From IMG/VR virus record IMGVR_UViG_3300044477_000165, positions 1-48,488 of that record: DNA of 48,488 bases, one strand, 5' to 3'. Within the stretch, counting starts at the first letter, position 1. Every line of letters starts with the position of its first letter. Both the position numbers and the translations under genes were made by a program. Under the pieces are notes generated by a model that made no database searches, was not told where the DNA came from, and was given only the letters and a program-made list of their open reading frames with translations. The stretch is from a virus (lineage: Duplodnaviria; Caudoviricetes). Below, piece after piece: positions 26,947 through 37,225 of the stretch.

Positions 26947-27643
26947 AAGCTACTCCCACGCGTGCAGCCTGCAGCCGAAGTCCCGCGACGGAGTTCGTCC
27001 CGTGCTCCCCGACAACGCGGATGCCGAAAATACGGGTGTGCGTATACGTAACCGGTTCGGCGAGCGTGAGCGAAAAAAGCGTCGGCTGTTCGTACATCGT
27101 TACGTTGAGCCCCGCCGGAGGCGCCGCGGCCTCAACGCCGTGATACGTAAGAGTGGTAGGGTCAAGCGTGTTCCGCGCGATGCTTACCAAAGTGATGTTC
27201 GGCAAAGCTTCGGGTAACGCCGCGTGGCCCGAGGCGCCGCGCAAAATGCAGGACAGCGACGTTATGCTTGTGCGCCCGTCGAGCTTGGGGATCGCATTAG
27301 CGACGGGCAAGAATAGCGCGTAACCCGTACCAAAGTCTGTCTGAATCCAGACGGGGGGCCCGAAGACCCCCCACGGCGCCCACCCCGCGGGTGGAGTGAA
27401 AGCATCCGCCAAGTTGACTTCACACAGCGTCGGCCCCCAGCCGGGGATCGAACCCTTGATGATGTCGTCCTGAGTCTCCCTTGTGGACATCTCCAACTCA
27501 GTGAGACTCTTGACCCAGGCGATGTTGTCGTATGCATCGCCGAGGCAGACGTTATACGAAGCCTCGTGCTGATCGTCATCACCGGAAAGCACGCGTGGCG
27601 CGCTGTGATACGTGGAGCCGTTGGGCGCGTAGGTTAGAGGCAT
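26930..27643 (-). CDS. Tail fibre / baseplate attachment protein
   Basis: MPLTYAPNG after a GGAGGGG RBS. Follows the wedge genes. Confidence 0.65.
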   Translation of the reverse strand: MPLTYAPNGSTYHSAPRVLSGDDDQHEASYNVCLGDAYDNIAWVKSLTELEMSTRETQDDIIKGSIPGWGPTLCEVNLADAFTPPAGWAPWGVFGPPVWIQTDFGTGYALFLPVANAIPKLDGRTSITSLSCILRGASGHAALPEALPNITLVSIARNTLDPTTLTYHGVEAAAPPAGLNVTMYEQPTLFSLTLAEPVTYTHTRIFGIRVVGEHGTNSVAGLRLQAARVGVAYVPEF

Positions 27644-28395
27644 TATTCTCCCCTCCAGTATAGCCGGTTGGTACCTCGGTTCACCCAGGACTCGTACCCC
27701 CCGGCGGGTGGCGTGAGGTTGTACCAAATGAGCACAGAGTCACATTTCGTATGCGGGGGCCGGAAGGCTTCGATGATCCGGCGTATCTCGTTGCTGTCCA
27801 GCGCGTCGCTCGCCGCATTGAGCCTCGCGGTCACGCTGCCGACGCTCACGCCAGGCTGCCGCACCTTCGCGCCAGTCTGCCGTACCTTGCGTGCCCATTT
27901 CGCGATACCCCAGGCGCTCGCCGGAATGAGCACCCAAAAGCGCGAGGTGTACTCGCTGTCGTGCGTGTCCCACGTCCAACCCCCGAACTGACCGCGGGAG
28001 ATCGAACCGTCAGACGACGAAACAGCAACGTAGTGGCCCCCGGGGGAGACAATGAAAATGCTTACGTTCGTCGGTGAGAAAAACGCGGCGAGCTGTTCGG
28101 CGAGTGTGCGAAACGAGCCGGTGCGCTTCCCTGTGTCCCACCAGTTCTGCAGGCGCGCAGTAAAGTGATCGTCGGTCTCGTTGGGCCCGCGGATGAGCCC
28201 GCGTTCGTCGGCGGTCCGCGCGAGCCCGATCGTCGTCACATAGTTCAAGAAGCGCAGCTTGACCGCGAGCATCAACGCGTCCGCGAGAAAGTCGAGCATC
28301 AATGCTCCGACGTAGAGCACGCGGAAGAGGTTGATCCGCCGCAACCAATGCGGCGCGAGTTGCCACGCACGGTGACGATGGGTGAGAAGCATCAT
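27643..28395 (-). CDS. Baseplate wedge protein (P2 gpI / Mu gp48-like)
   Basis: ERGLIRGPNETDDHFTARL...FRPPHT. Follows baseplate J. Confidence 0.7.
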   Translation of the reverse strand: MMLLTHRHRAWQLAPHWLRRINLFRVLYVGALMLDFLADALMLAVKLRFLNYVTTIGLARTADERGLIRGPNETDDHFTARLQNWWDTGKRTGSFRTLAEQLAAFFSPTNVSIFIVSPGGHYVAVSSSDGSISRGQFGGWTWDTHDSEYTSRFWVLIPASAWGIAKWARKVRQTGAKVRQPGVSVGSVTARLNAASDALDSNEIRRIIEAFRPPHTKCDSVLIWYNLTPPAGGYESWVNRGTNRLYWRGE

Positions 28396-29552
28396 ACGGG
28401 TACCGCCGAAATCACCCCCGGAACGGGGACCTGAGTCTCGCCGACGGAGACGTCTGCCGTCGGGTTCCAAACACGCACGAGACGTGGACGACCATAACCC
28501 GCGTCGACGAAGCCCTGAGAGAGCACGTCGCGGATGGTGTCACGCAACACTTTGCGCTCAGCCACTCCCGCGATCGTCACACCGCCGATCGGCATCTCCG
28601 TCGATGAAAGCCATGGCGTGAGCGCGGCGATTCCGATCCTAGTTTGCTCCGACGCGCTCACGTTCTCGCGATCGAAGTAAGCCCAGAACGAAACGCTGAT
28701 TGGATAGTTCGTCGCCGTGCGCACGGTCAAGAGCACACCGCCAGGCAACGCATTTTCGAATATGTGTCGGTCGACGTCGGCAAGGTCTGCGTCGCTGAGC
28801 GCACCTGCAGGGGTTGCAACGGTGACCGTCGCTTCGCCAAAGTACGAGCTATGGCTGACGTTGACACGGTTCACGCCGATCAGGGACCCGTCGCTCGCCC
28901 GCGTCGCGGTGAGAGCAAACCATTTGTACGCGCCCCGCGCCCCATCCGGCGAGATGCTCTGCGGCTTCAGCATCGCCCGCGCAATCAGCGCGTCATCTGT
29001 CTCTTCATCGCGCCCGACGAATGCGACGGGGTTCGAAACCGAGACGCCCGGCATCGTCGTCACGAGCCTTTGGATCGTACCAACGCCCGCGTTCGACCCG
29101 CTCCCGCTTTCGTCGGCGAGAAACGGGACCGTGACGCTCCCCAACGGGGGGAGGGTGAACGCCACCGAGTTGCGGTACGTCTTACCCCCGGGGCCCGCCA
29201 CGGTGACCGCGTACGCATCGCGAGGGAAGTTCCCGCCGAGCGTGTTCACGAGCGTGATGGTGCCCGCCGCCGCGGTTGCCGGAAAACGCTCCGTGCCGAA
29301 GACGTAGCGCGCGACGAGCGTCAACCACGGGCCTGAACTCAGCGTGAGAAATGCCGAGCGCGCGAGCGCGGCGATCGTGATCGAGAACGCCGAAGCGACG
29401 ACCGCGAAGATCGCGATCATCAGACGCGCAACACCGCCGGGATTCCACGCGGTCGTGGACGCGCCGAGAAGCGCAAGCTTCTCGTACATCGCGGTTTTGA
29501 TCTGCTTCGGCGTGAGTGGTGTGATCAACGCCTCGAGGGAAACGGGGCTCAT
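28392..29552 (-). CDS. Baseplate J-like protein
   Basis: ERFPATAAAG, SGSGSNAGVGTI, GRDEETDDALIAR, GARGAY. Confidence 0.9.
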   Translation of the reverse strand: MSPVSLEALITPLTPKQIKTAMYEKLALLGASTTAWNPGGVARLMIAIFAVVASAFSITIAALARSAFLTLSSGPWLTLVARYVFGTERFPATAAAGTITLVNTLGGNFPRDAYAVTVAGPGGKTYRNSVAFTLPPLGSVTVPFLADESGSGSNAGVGTIQRLVTTMPGVSVSNPVAFVGRDEETDDALIARAMLKPQSISPDGARGAYKWFALTATRASDGSLIGVNRVNVSHSSYFGEATVTVATPAGALSDADLADVDRHIFENALPGGVLLTVRTATNYPISVSFWAYFDRENVSASEQTRIGIAALTPWLSSTEMPIGGVTIAGVAERKVLRDTIRDVLSQGFVDAGYGRPRLVRVWNPTADVSVGETQVPVPGVISAVPV

Positions 29553-30088
29553 GTTCCTCCAGCTGCGACAAGATCGCGGATCGGCAGAATACCGTCGAAC
29601 GTCTCCCCGCTCTTCAACCGTGCAGTCACACGCACGTCAAAGTACGACGTGCCCGTCTGAACGAACTGCACGGTTGCGGTTTCGACACGCGGGTCTTTCA
29701 TACACTCGGCAGCGGCCATGTCTTGCTTGGCCCGCATCGTCACACGATCAGCCTCGACGTGTAACGCGCCCGTGAGGTCGTAGCCGTAGTCGGGATCTTC
29801 TCCGACCGCGACGAGGAGCTCGGGGTCAGCGACGATCTTTCCGTGGGCCGTCGTGAGACGGCGGAAGAGTGCTTCGCCAACGACGCGAGGATCGTCACCG
29901 CGGAGCTCTAGCATCTCGGGTGTACCGTCGAGCATGCACGCAAGATCGCTACCCCATCCGAGGGCGTCGGGGTCGTTCGCAGGTGGCGTGCCGAGCGCGA
30001 GCCCAATCCCGTCTGGCTCGTAGCCTCCGGCGGTGTATTCAGCGACCACCTCGGCCGCGAGCGTGTCTATGTCCGCGAGAATGGTCAC
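29549..30088 (-). CDS. Baseplate wedge / sheath initiator (gp25/gpW-like)
   Basis: RRLTTAHG...DPDYGYDL...KDPRVETATV. Confidence 0.75.
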   Translation of the reverse strand: MTILADIDTLAAEVVAEYTAGGYEPDGIGLALGTPPANDPDALGWGSDLACMLDGTPEMLELRGDDPRVVGEALFRRLTTAHGKIVADPELLVAVGEDPDYGYDLTGALHVEADRVTMRAKQDMAAAECMKDPRVETATVQFVQTGTSYFDVRVTARLKSGETFDGILPIRDLVAAGGT

Positions 30089-30561
30089 GGGAGAATTATA
30101 GTCCTGAGGGCATCAAAGACCGCGGGGTAGCGCGTCGCGAGGACGAGCGCCTGCAGGTGATCGCTCGGATGCCCGCCAGGGAGGCCCCCGGCCGTCTCCG
30201 ACGCGACTTCCGCGCCGAAGGCGGCCGCGCTGCCGTCGTACTCGTAGGCCTCGACTCCGGCTGTCCCGAGGCCGAGCGCGGCCTGCAGGCGTGCAATCAC
30301 GGCGAGCTGCGCTTGCAGAACTGCGATCGCATCGACGTTTGCGTTGGCTTTGAAGCCGGGCTTCTGCAAACTCATTTGCGCGTAGAGCTGACCGGCGGCC
30401 TTGATGCGCGCGTCGATCGACGGCAGCTGCACGGCGAGCTGTGCAGACACACGGAGATTCCCCGCGAGCTGCGCGCGAAGTTGCGTGATGACCCCCGCGA
30501 GGAGCGTGGCCATCGTCGGGAAGAGCAGGCCCACGGAGTAAGAGCCGAGATGCTTGATCAC
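30085..30561 (-). CDS. Baseplate-region hypothetical protein
   Basis: Helical 158-aa ORF with overlapping start and stop codons. Confidence 0.7.
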   Translation of the reverse strand: MIKHLGSYSVGLLFPTMATLLAGVITQLRAQLAGNLRVSAQLAVQLPSIDARIKAAGQLYAQMSLQKPGFKANANVDAIAVLQAQLAVIARLQAALGLGTAGVEAYEYDGSAAAFGAEVASETAGGLPGGHPSDHLQALVLATRYPAVFDALRTIILP

Positions 30562-31817
30562 TCGATACCCCCGCGCGTAGAACCCGACGCGACGTAGCCG
30601 ACGAGTGGATCGGCGCCCGTGAGAGGCGTTGGCGGAATCTTCGCCTCGGGGCTCTGGTCGAGCGCAGATCCAAAGGTCACGAGGTAACGTACGCCCGGAA
30701 CAACGACGGGGTTACCAATCACGGCAGGCGTAGGAGCCGTGTAACCCCCCGCTTCGGGGCCCAATGAAAACATGATCGTGGTGCCCGTTCCGCCCGAGAG
30801 AACCATATCCGACATACGCGCAAGCGGCGAAGCTTTCTCAGGATCGCCCGCGGGGAAGTTAGCAACGTAGGGCAGCTCGGGGTCGCCCTCGTCGAATGCA
30901 ACACGCACAATCTCTCCGCTGTTCAGGTGCGAAACCGCACCCGAGATGCCCGAGACTTTAGTCACAGGCAGTACGTCCGGCAGCCCAGAAACCGGACGTA
31001 CCACCTGCAGAGACAATGTGCCGTCGTTCGTATCCGCATAGACGCGGTATCGATACGTACCGTAAAGGCGCTGGGCTTCGCGTTGCTCGAGTAACGCGGA
31101 GAGCGCCCGTCCAATGCGTGAGACCGTTCGATCGTCACCGCCGAGGTATGCCGTGATTCGGCACGACGCCTTATCGAGGTGCAACGAGAACTCGCGGATC
31201 GTCTGCGGCGATTCGAAGCGCTCGGTCAGCACGTGGCCAACCCAGAGCGCCGCCGGGTCGTCGCACGCAATCACCGCGGTGCGATGCAGCGGCGAATGCG
31301 ATAGTACCTCGTACGTCTCAGGCGCAGGCGTGACCGGTTCGCGAAGGCCAACGTGCGTCGTGCCATCCGGCGCAACCCACCAATTCCGCGTACTGCCAAC
31401 GAGGTGATCGAGCGTAGCGGACGCGGGCCCGGCACGCCGGACGAAGTGATCCGCGAGTGGCTCTCCGTCGAACGAAAGCGAGGCCGCAAAAGTCTCGCCC
31501 GTCTCCCGCGCAAGATCGTGGACGATCGTCATCCGATCGACACTCGGGTCGTCGTAATACGCGGCGGGCGGCAGAAGTTTGCCCCACTGCCCCGCGCCTG
31601 CGACGACGCGCAAGCTACGCTGCAGAACGAAGTCCCCTGCGGTGCGCTGGTCAACGGTGCCACGGAGCTTGCGCGTGCCCACCGTGAGCGTCACGTCACC
31701 CGTGAGCGGGGTGTCGTCGTCAAGCGCAAGGTCCGCGTACCACGGACCGTTCCACGGCACGAAGAGGTCGAGCTCTTTGACGCGGGCTTCGCCGATCGAG
31801 CAGAAGAATTCCGTCAT
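30558..31817 (-). CDS. Baseplate hub protein with fused spike (gpV-like) region
   Basis: Hub-like N-terminus (WWVAPDGTTHVG), OB-fold-like VRVAFDEGDPELPYV, C-terminal VASGS. Confidence 0.65.
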   Translation of the reverse strand: MTEFFCSIGEARVKELDLFVPWNGPWYADLALDDDTPLTGDVTLTVGTRKLRGTVDQRTAGDFVLQRSLRVVAGAGQWGKLLPPAAYYDDPSVDRMTIVHDLARETGETFAASLSFDGEPLADHFVRRAGPASATLDHLVGSTRNWWVAPDGTTHVGLREPVTPAPETYEVLSHSPLHRTAVIACDDPAALWVGHVLTERFESPQTIREFSLHLDKASCRITAYLGGDDRTVSRIGRALSALLEQREAQRLYGTYRYRVYADTNDGTLSLQVVRPVSGLPDVLPVTKVSGISGAVSHLNSGEIVRVAFDEGDPELPYVANFPAGDPEKASPLARMSDMVLSGGTGTTIMFSLGPEAGGYTAPTPAVIGNPVVVPGVRYLVTFGSALDQSPEAKIPPTPLTGADPLVGYVASGSTRGGIE

Positions 31818-32392
31818 CGCCCGGCCATCGCATTCCGCTGGCGTAGCGATGCCAGCTCGTCGGTGAGTCGCGCGATCTCTTTTTCGGATTCAGTCATCGG
31901 CGGTTTGCCGGCGGGTGCCTCAGGCTTCGCATACGCGGGCTTCGGCATCGGCAGGACCTGCTTGAACTTGATCGTGACGTGCCCGACCATCTGATCGTCG
32001 ATCACCTCTTGCGGCTCTTCCAAGACCACGCACTGCGTGATTCCCAGGGGGAATAGCTGCGGGTGCCAGATCATGTGCGACTTCCCTGGCTCATAGCCAC
32101 CGCTCGACTGACGCACGGGACCGCGACGCGGGACCGTGTGGATCATATCGCGGAACGTCTCCTGCCACGTCTTCCAATCGGCGGGCGTGACGAGCAGGAG
32201 CTCCGTCGAGAACTCGGCGAGCTCGCGGCCTGTGTAAATCAGGAACGCCGCGTCGATGCCGTAGCCCTGGCGCTCGTCCAGCTTTCGCCGAATCGCCGCG
32301 CCAGTGGGCTGCAAACAGATGCCCGGTGACGGCACGTCATCAAGAAGAAAATTCGTGACGGGTTGCTCGATCGGATTCCAATCGTAGGCCAT
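31814..32392 (-). CDS. Tail tube initiator-like protein
   Basis: Immediately after the tape measure gene, with a tube-like beta pattern. Confidence 0.55.
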   Translation of the reverse strand: MAYDWNPIEQPVTNFLLDDVPSPGICLQPTGAAIRRKLDERQGYGIDAAFLIYTGRELAEFSTELLLVTPADWKTWQETFRDMIHTVPRRGPVRQSSGGYEPGKSHMIWHPQLFPLGITQCVVLEEPQEVIDDQMVGHVTIKFKQVLPMPKPAYAKPEAPAGKPPMTESEKEIARLTDELASLRQRNAMAGR

Positions 32393-34323
32393 CAGAGACG
32401 CCCTCCCGCCTGGATAACTGCGCCTTCGAGAATCGATGCAAGCATCGAGCGGAGCTCAGCAACCGGAATCACGACAGTGCCGGGCGCGTTCGCCGCGGCC
32501 TGCGGGATGTTGATCTCTTGGATTGTGACCTGCACCGGCGTAGGCGCGCGACGCGGCTCGGCCGATTCGCGCGACGAGAAGCCCGCGGAGAACATCGGGG
32601 CTGCAGTCGAACGATCGGGTTGCGCCTCGGGGATGGTCGCGAGGTCGCGCACGGACTTCCGGAATTCGGGAATGCCGGCGCGAACCCCGACGGCGGCGCC
32701 GCGCGGAAGCTGAATGCCAAAGCGCCCCCAAACCCGCGAGGGCGAGTGGATGTCCTGCTCGCGGCGGAAGGTCTCGTTCGCGTCCTTCGCGGCCTTCGTG
32801 ACGGCGCTATTCAGGATCGGTTGAGCTTTCTGGATGCCTTCGACGATGCCCTCGATCATCGCGATTCCGTTGCTCGCCCCCGCAGACCGCCCCACAGCGA
32901 AGTCGGCCAAGTGCTGCTTGTAGTCGCTCCACGCGGCAGCGGCGCCCTTCACATCACCGCGCGACTTCGCCAGCATGAAAGACAGCAAGTCGAACGCGGG
33001 GCGCACACGCACCATGATCACGTCTGCAACCATGATCAGCGCTTGCGTACCTCGCAACGTCGCAACGGCAAAAGAGGCCATGCCATCGATGACCAGGTGC
33101 ATGCTATCTGCTGCGAACTGAATCGCCTTAGCCTGCATCCGCGCGGAGCCAGCGAAGCCCTCCCACGCAATCGCGGCGCGAAGTGCCACGATCGTGATGT
33201 TGTCGACGAAGTTCTTGAACACTTCGCCGCCGCGTTCCGCGCCTGCGAAAAGCGGATTGAAGAGCGACTCGAAAATCTGCTTCCAGGCCTTGAACTGCAC
33301 GGTGCCCTGATCGAAGATGACCAAGACTTTCTGCAGCCCGCGCAAAAGCGGCTCGACTTTGATGCCGCGGAACATCGCGTTCAGCCCCTCGCGGGCTTTC
33401 GCGAACTGCACAGGCAACGAAAGCATTTGCTTCTGTACGATGCTGCCAAAGCGGTTCTTCAGGTTGTCGGCCATCCCCTTGACGGACTGGCCCCACATCG
33501 CGGCGGACACGACCTGATTCTTCGCGACTTCGCCGAACTCATCACCCGCGGCGGACGCGGCCATAGACACGCCCATCAGTGCGTCCTTCAGGGCCTGCCC
33601 GCGCAGCCGCGACCGGTAGAGGGCCTCCGCGTAAGCGTGCACCTTGTCGCGGCCGAGCGTGACCGACGACGACACTTCATCAATTGCGGCCTGCACATCG
33701 TCAGCCTTGCCGGCCTTGATCTGCCCCCACCAACCAACCCAAGCCTTCGTCATACCCTGCAGTGCAAGGTTCTCAGAACGGTATGCGTCGGCGGCCGTGG
33801 CGGCCATCTTGGCCATCGTGACCGTTGCCTTGATGGCGATGGCGTCGAGGGCAACGATCGCAGCAACTGCCGCGAGCGCCGCACCCGCAACGCCGGCTTT
33901 GCTAAGCCTCACGGTGAGCGACCCAACACGCGCGGACAGGGACGCGACGGGACCCCCGGCGGCTTGCAGACCCTCGGCGAAACTCGTCGTTGACGTGGCC
34001 GCGGCTTTCATCGACGCGGCAGACTTGACGGTCTGCGTTGACAGATCCCCGAGACCGCCGCGCATTCCGATCAGCTTGCTCTGAGTCTCGCCGATCGATT
34101 TCCGCGTCGCGTCGATACGCGCCTTCAGCACCTTGGCTTGCTCGGAGTTCTCGAGCCCCCCGACTTTCAGATTGCGGTACGCCGCGCGCATCCGCCCGAG
34201 AGCGGCAGAGTTCTTGTCGACGCTTGCGCGAAGCTTCTCCACCTCTTCACGCGCGGAAGTAGTTTCCGGCGTGCCCTCGACGGCGAGGTCTACGGTGAAC
34301 TTTGCGGTTGCGTCGTCAGCCAT
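32392..34323 (-). CDS. Tape measure protein
   Basis: Ala-rich helical ORF after the chaperone, with the IHSPSRV motif. GAGGA RBS before ATG 34323. Confidence 0.85.
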   Translation of the reverse strand: MADDATAKFTVDLAVEGTPETTSAREEVEKLRASVDKNSAALGRMRAAYRNLKVGGLENSEQAKVLKARIDATRKSIGETQSKLIGMRGGLGDLSTQTVKSAASMKAAATSTTSFAEGLQAAGGPVASLSARVGSLTVRLSKAGVAGAALAAVAAIVALDAIAIKATVTMAKMAATAADAYRSENLALQGMTKAWVGWWGQIKAGKADDVQAAIDEVSSSVTLGRDKVHAYAEALYRSRLRGQALKDALMGVSMAASAAGDEFGEVAKNQVVSAAMWGQSVKGMADNLKNRFGSIVQKQMLSLPVQFAKAREGLNAMFRGIKVEPLLRGLQKVLVIFDQGTVQFKAWKQIFESLFNPLFAGAERGGEVFKNFVDNITIVALRAAIAWEGFAGSARMQAKAIQFAADSMHLVIDGMASFAVATLRGTQALIMVADVIMVRVRPAFDLLSFMLAKSRGDVKGAAAAWSDYKQHLADFAVGRSAGASNGIAMIEGIVEGIQKAQPILNSAVTKAAKDANETFRREQDIHSPSRVWGRFGIQLPRGAAVGVRAGIPEFRKSVRDLATIPEAQPDRSTAAPMFSAGFSSRESAEPRRAPTPVQVTIQEINIPQAAANAPGTVVIPVAELRSMLASILEGAVIQAGGRL

Positions 34324-34917
34324 CTGTCCTCGGAGCACGCAGCGCGCGGAAGGTCTCGGCTAGGATCTGCGCGCCGACAATACGGCGCGCTTCGTCATCT
34401 TCTGTCGGGTTCTCGGGCGGAGAGATCAGGTCGAGCAAACACAGTGCTTCGAAGTCCGGGTTCGCTTGCACGCGAGCCCGGACGCTCGCTATTTTCCCGT
34501 CTCGCGGGACACCTCGTAAAGTCGTTGCGCGAGTTCACACGCAGTAGTCTTGAGCGCGGGCTCACGCTCCCAGAGTGCCTCTTGCTCGCCCTTCGGGGGA
34601 TACACGACAGTCCCATCAGCAAGCAAGGCGTCGACGTCCTTCGGCCCGATCGCGCCATTTGTGCACATGAACTGAAACTTCTCGTACTTGAGCGCGCGGG
34701 GTCGCGTTACGACAACCATGTCGCCAAAACGGCCGTAGGCCACGGCGAGGTCGACGCCGAGCGTCTTCCCCGTCTCGTCCTCAATATCGCAGAGGCGCGC
34801 TTCGTTCTCGAGGCGCCGCAATGCCGCGGTATCCTCGGATGACTTGATCTTCGCCGCGCGGCGTTCGGCGCCTGCGGCGATCTTGGCCTTGAGTTCTTCT
34901 GGGCTGGGCTGGCTCAT
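34316..34917 (-). CDS. Tail assembly chaperone, frameshifted long form (G-T type)
   Basis: Slippery G GGA AAA at 34498-34492. The -1 frame stays open (KIASVRARVQ...RAPRTDG) to a TGA overlapping the tape measure start. Confidence 0.8.
34489..34917 (-). CDS. Tail assembly chaperone (short form)
   Basis: Between tube and tape measure genes. GAGGAG RBS. Confidence 0.8.
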   Translation of the reverse strand: MSQPSPEELKAKIAAGAERRAAKIKSSEDTAALRRLENEARLCDIEDETGKTLGVDLAVAYGRFGDMVVVTRPRALKYEKFQFMCTNGAIGPKDVDALLADGTVVYPPKGEQEALWEREPALKTTACELAQRLYEVSRETGK

Positions 34918-34919
34918 CG

Positions 34920-35435
34920 TTACTCCTCACTCGAATCGAACAGCGTACCGCCGTTCGTGTAGAACCGCAGACACGTGAATTCTTGCTCGCGCAAAAGACC
35001 TTCGGCGGTCTCTTCCCATGACGCGTCGTTGCTCGTGATGAAAACATCGTGCCAAACGTATTCCGAGAACGCGCCTGGGTTGTCGACCTGCAAAATCCAA
35101 TGCTGCCTTACCTCACCGAAGGAGCGCCCATCGGGCGCGGCCTTCTTGAGGAACTCGAGATACGCCTCGTAGGGCGCGCGTGAATCAGCATCGGAGGCGT
35201 GCGCATGCCACGTAATCTTGGGACTCGGAGGCGTGTACTTGCCCTTCGGCAAAGCCATGGGCGCCTGCGATCGATTCTGCCCGTAGATGTGCGGGCGCTC
35301 GCGCTTCTCGGCGCCCAACGCGATCGACTTGAACCCATAGAAACGCGACTGCGCGTTGATGTCCGGAAGGGTGACAATCCACTTCAGATCGCCCCACGAA
35401 AACGCGTGCTTGTTGATGTAAACGACGTCACTCAT
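34920..35435 (-). CDS. Tail tube protein
   Basis: 171 aa, directly after the sheath gene. INKHAFSWGD...GKY pattern. Confidence 0.8.
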   Translation of the reverse strand: MSDVVYINKHAFSWGDLKWIVTLPDINAQSRFYGFKSIALGAEKRERPHIYGQNRSQAPMALPKGKYTPPSPKITWHAHASDADSRAPYEAYLEFLKKAAPDGRSFGEVRQHWILQVDNPGAFSEYVWHDVFITSNDASWEETAEGLLREQEFTCLRFYTNGGTLFDSSEE

Positions 35436-35446
35436 GGCGACTCACC

Positions 35447-37225
35447 TCAGCGAGGGTTGGCGATCGAAACGACGATCTGATCCGTGTAGTTGATCATCTT
35501 GGGGTAGATCTTCGGCTGCACCTGACCGCTCACTGTGAGCGTAGGCGGTGAGACCCCCAGTAACTGATCGGTGCGCGAGACCGTGACGAGCTGCGCGGAG
35601 ATGTAGCCGGGGTTCTTGAGCGTATCTTCCTCCGCGTCGTTGACGCCGCGCTCGAGACGCTTGGCGTCACTCTCGAGGATACGGCCATCGCGGCCTGCAA
35701 AAAGATCATTGCTCAGCACCTTCCGGAAGAAGTTCTTCGCGACCCGCGTGTGAAGGTTCAAAACCCACCGGTGTGGGAACATTTCGACGTTCGTTCCCGC
35801 AGGCGAGAAGATTCGCGGGTTCGTGACGTAGACACCCTCGGGCTGGGACCGAAGCGTCGCGTATCCCATATCGTCGAGTCCGGGCGAGATACTCTCATCG
35901 TGACAATCGGGGTTCCCGTTGTCGTCGGAGAGTTGACACCCGAGACCGGGACGATCCGTGCGAGCGATATCGATCTGCGGAGTAACGCTCGCCTGCTCGA
36001 TACCACCGAGCAGAGCGGCGGGGCGCTTGTGCAAGAACCCGGTGATTGCGCTCGTAGTGCGACAGTCCCCCGCGAAGACCATTCCGTAGTAACATGACCG
36101 CGCGGCAGTCGCAACCGTCTGGCAATAGCTGCGGTATTCGGTCTCCGTCTCACCGGCGAGAGGCATCCGGACGCTCGCGATCCAGGCCTTCTCCCCGTTC
36201 GGTGTGGCAGCATAGTTCGCGGCGAAGATAGCGTCGATCGCGAGGCACATCGAGGCGTCGACGGGGCCCGCGATAAGAGCAATCTCCCACGGGGCAGTGC
36301 TCTTGAACAGTGCTTCGAGAGCCGTCGTAATCGATCCGACGTTGAAGTTGGGTGCGTAGGTACGGCAGCGCAGCACGGCGCCCGTCGCGATCGTCTGCCC
36401 CGCAGTGCCGAGAGTCAGTGAGGCGCCGCCGGTACTGGGGAACACGACAGCGAGCGACGTCCCGAGATTCTGCGGCAGACCCCAATCGCTCGCGGTTCGA
36501 CCATTTGCGAGCGAGGTGCGGTACGAAATCCCCGAGGTGCCGAGCGTGCCGCCTTGGAGGAACTCGATCACCAGCTCGTAGTCGTCGTCGGGATACGTCC
36601 CGGCGGTGGCACTTGCGACAGCGTTCGAAGTTCCGCCAGGGTACGCCGAAGTGTCGAGGTCGTCGTACGTGCCCGCGGCAAGAACGCTCGCGGTCACCTG
36701 GATCAACTCGCCCGCAACCAGCGTGCCGGCGGCGAACTCGAGGGTAAGATTCCCGCTCCCCAGCGTGACCACGATCGAGTTTGCCGTGCCGAGCGAAGTC
36801 GTTACGCCAAACGTTTTCCCGCCGTCCGTCGTGACTCGATACGTGATACCAGCAGACCCGATCGTGCCGCCAGTGTAGACGAGCACGCCAACGAGAGCGT
36901 TGACCGTCGTCGCGGACGAACCGCCCACGGTAACCGCGGACGTGCCATGCCCCGTCGTGCGGGACACCGCGCTAAAAGCGCTCGCGGCAGTCGAAGCCGC
37001 ACGCACCGCAAGCACCGGAAGGCGCTTCGTGCGAACGGCCTTCGCGCACCACTGCGGCAGCGGGCCGCCGCCGAACGTCGTGATTGCCTGCGAAGGTTGC
37101 GTGATTGGTACGGGCACCAAGGGGCCCGCGGAAGAGGGGCCGACGATCGCGACGTTACTTCCTGATAGAGAGAACGCGGCGTTGCTCGTGTAGATTGCGG
37201 TTGCGGTAACTGCGGGTAGCATCAA
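35447..37225 (-). CDS. Contractile tail sheath protein (DUF2586-like)
   Basis: AIVGPSSAG N-terminus, LDDMGYATLR...GVYVTNPR, and position in the tail operon. Confidence 0.85.
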   Translation of the reverse strand: MMLPAVTATAIYTSNAAFSLSGSNVAIVGPSSAGPLVPVPITQPSQAITTFGGGPLPQWCAKAVRTKRLPVLAVRAASTAASAFSAVSRTTGHGTSAVTVGGSSATTVNALVGVLVYTGGTIGSAGITYRVTTDGGKTFGVTTSLGTANSIVVTLGSGNLTLEFAAGTLVAGELIQVTASVLAAGTYDDLDTSAYPGGTSNAVASATAGTYPDDDYELVIEFLQGGTLGTSGISYRTSLANGRTASDWGLPQNLGTSLAVVFPSTGGASLTLGTAGQTIATGAVLRCRTYAPNFNVGSITTALEALFKSTAPWEIALIAGPVDASMCLAIDAIFAANYAATPNGEKAWIASVRMPLAGETETEYRSYCQTVATAARSCYYGMVFAGDCRTTSAITGFLHKRPAALLGGIEQASVTPQIDIARTDRPGLGCQLSDDNGNPDCHDESISPGLDDMGYATLRSQPEGVYVTNPRIFSPAGTNVEMFPHRWVLNLHTRVAKNFFRKVLSNDLFAGRDGRILESDAKRLERGVNDAEEDTLKNPGYISAQLVTVSRTDQLLGVSPPTLTVSGQVQPKIYPKMINYTDQIVVSIANPR

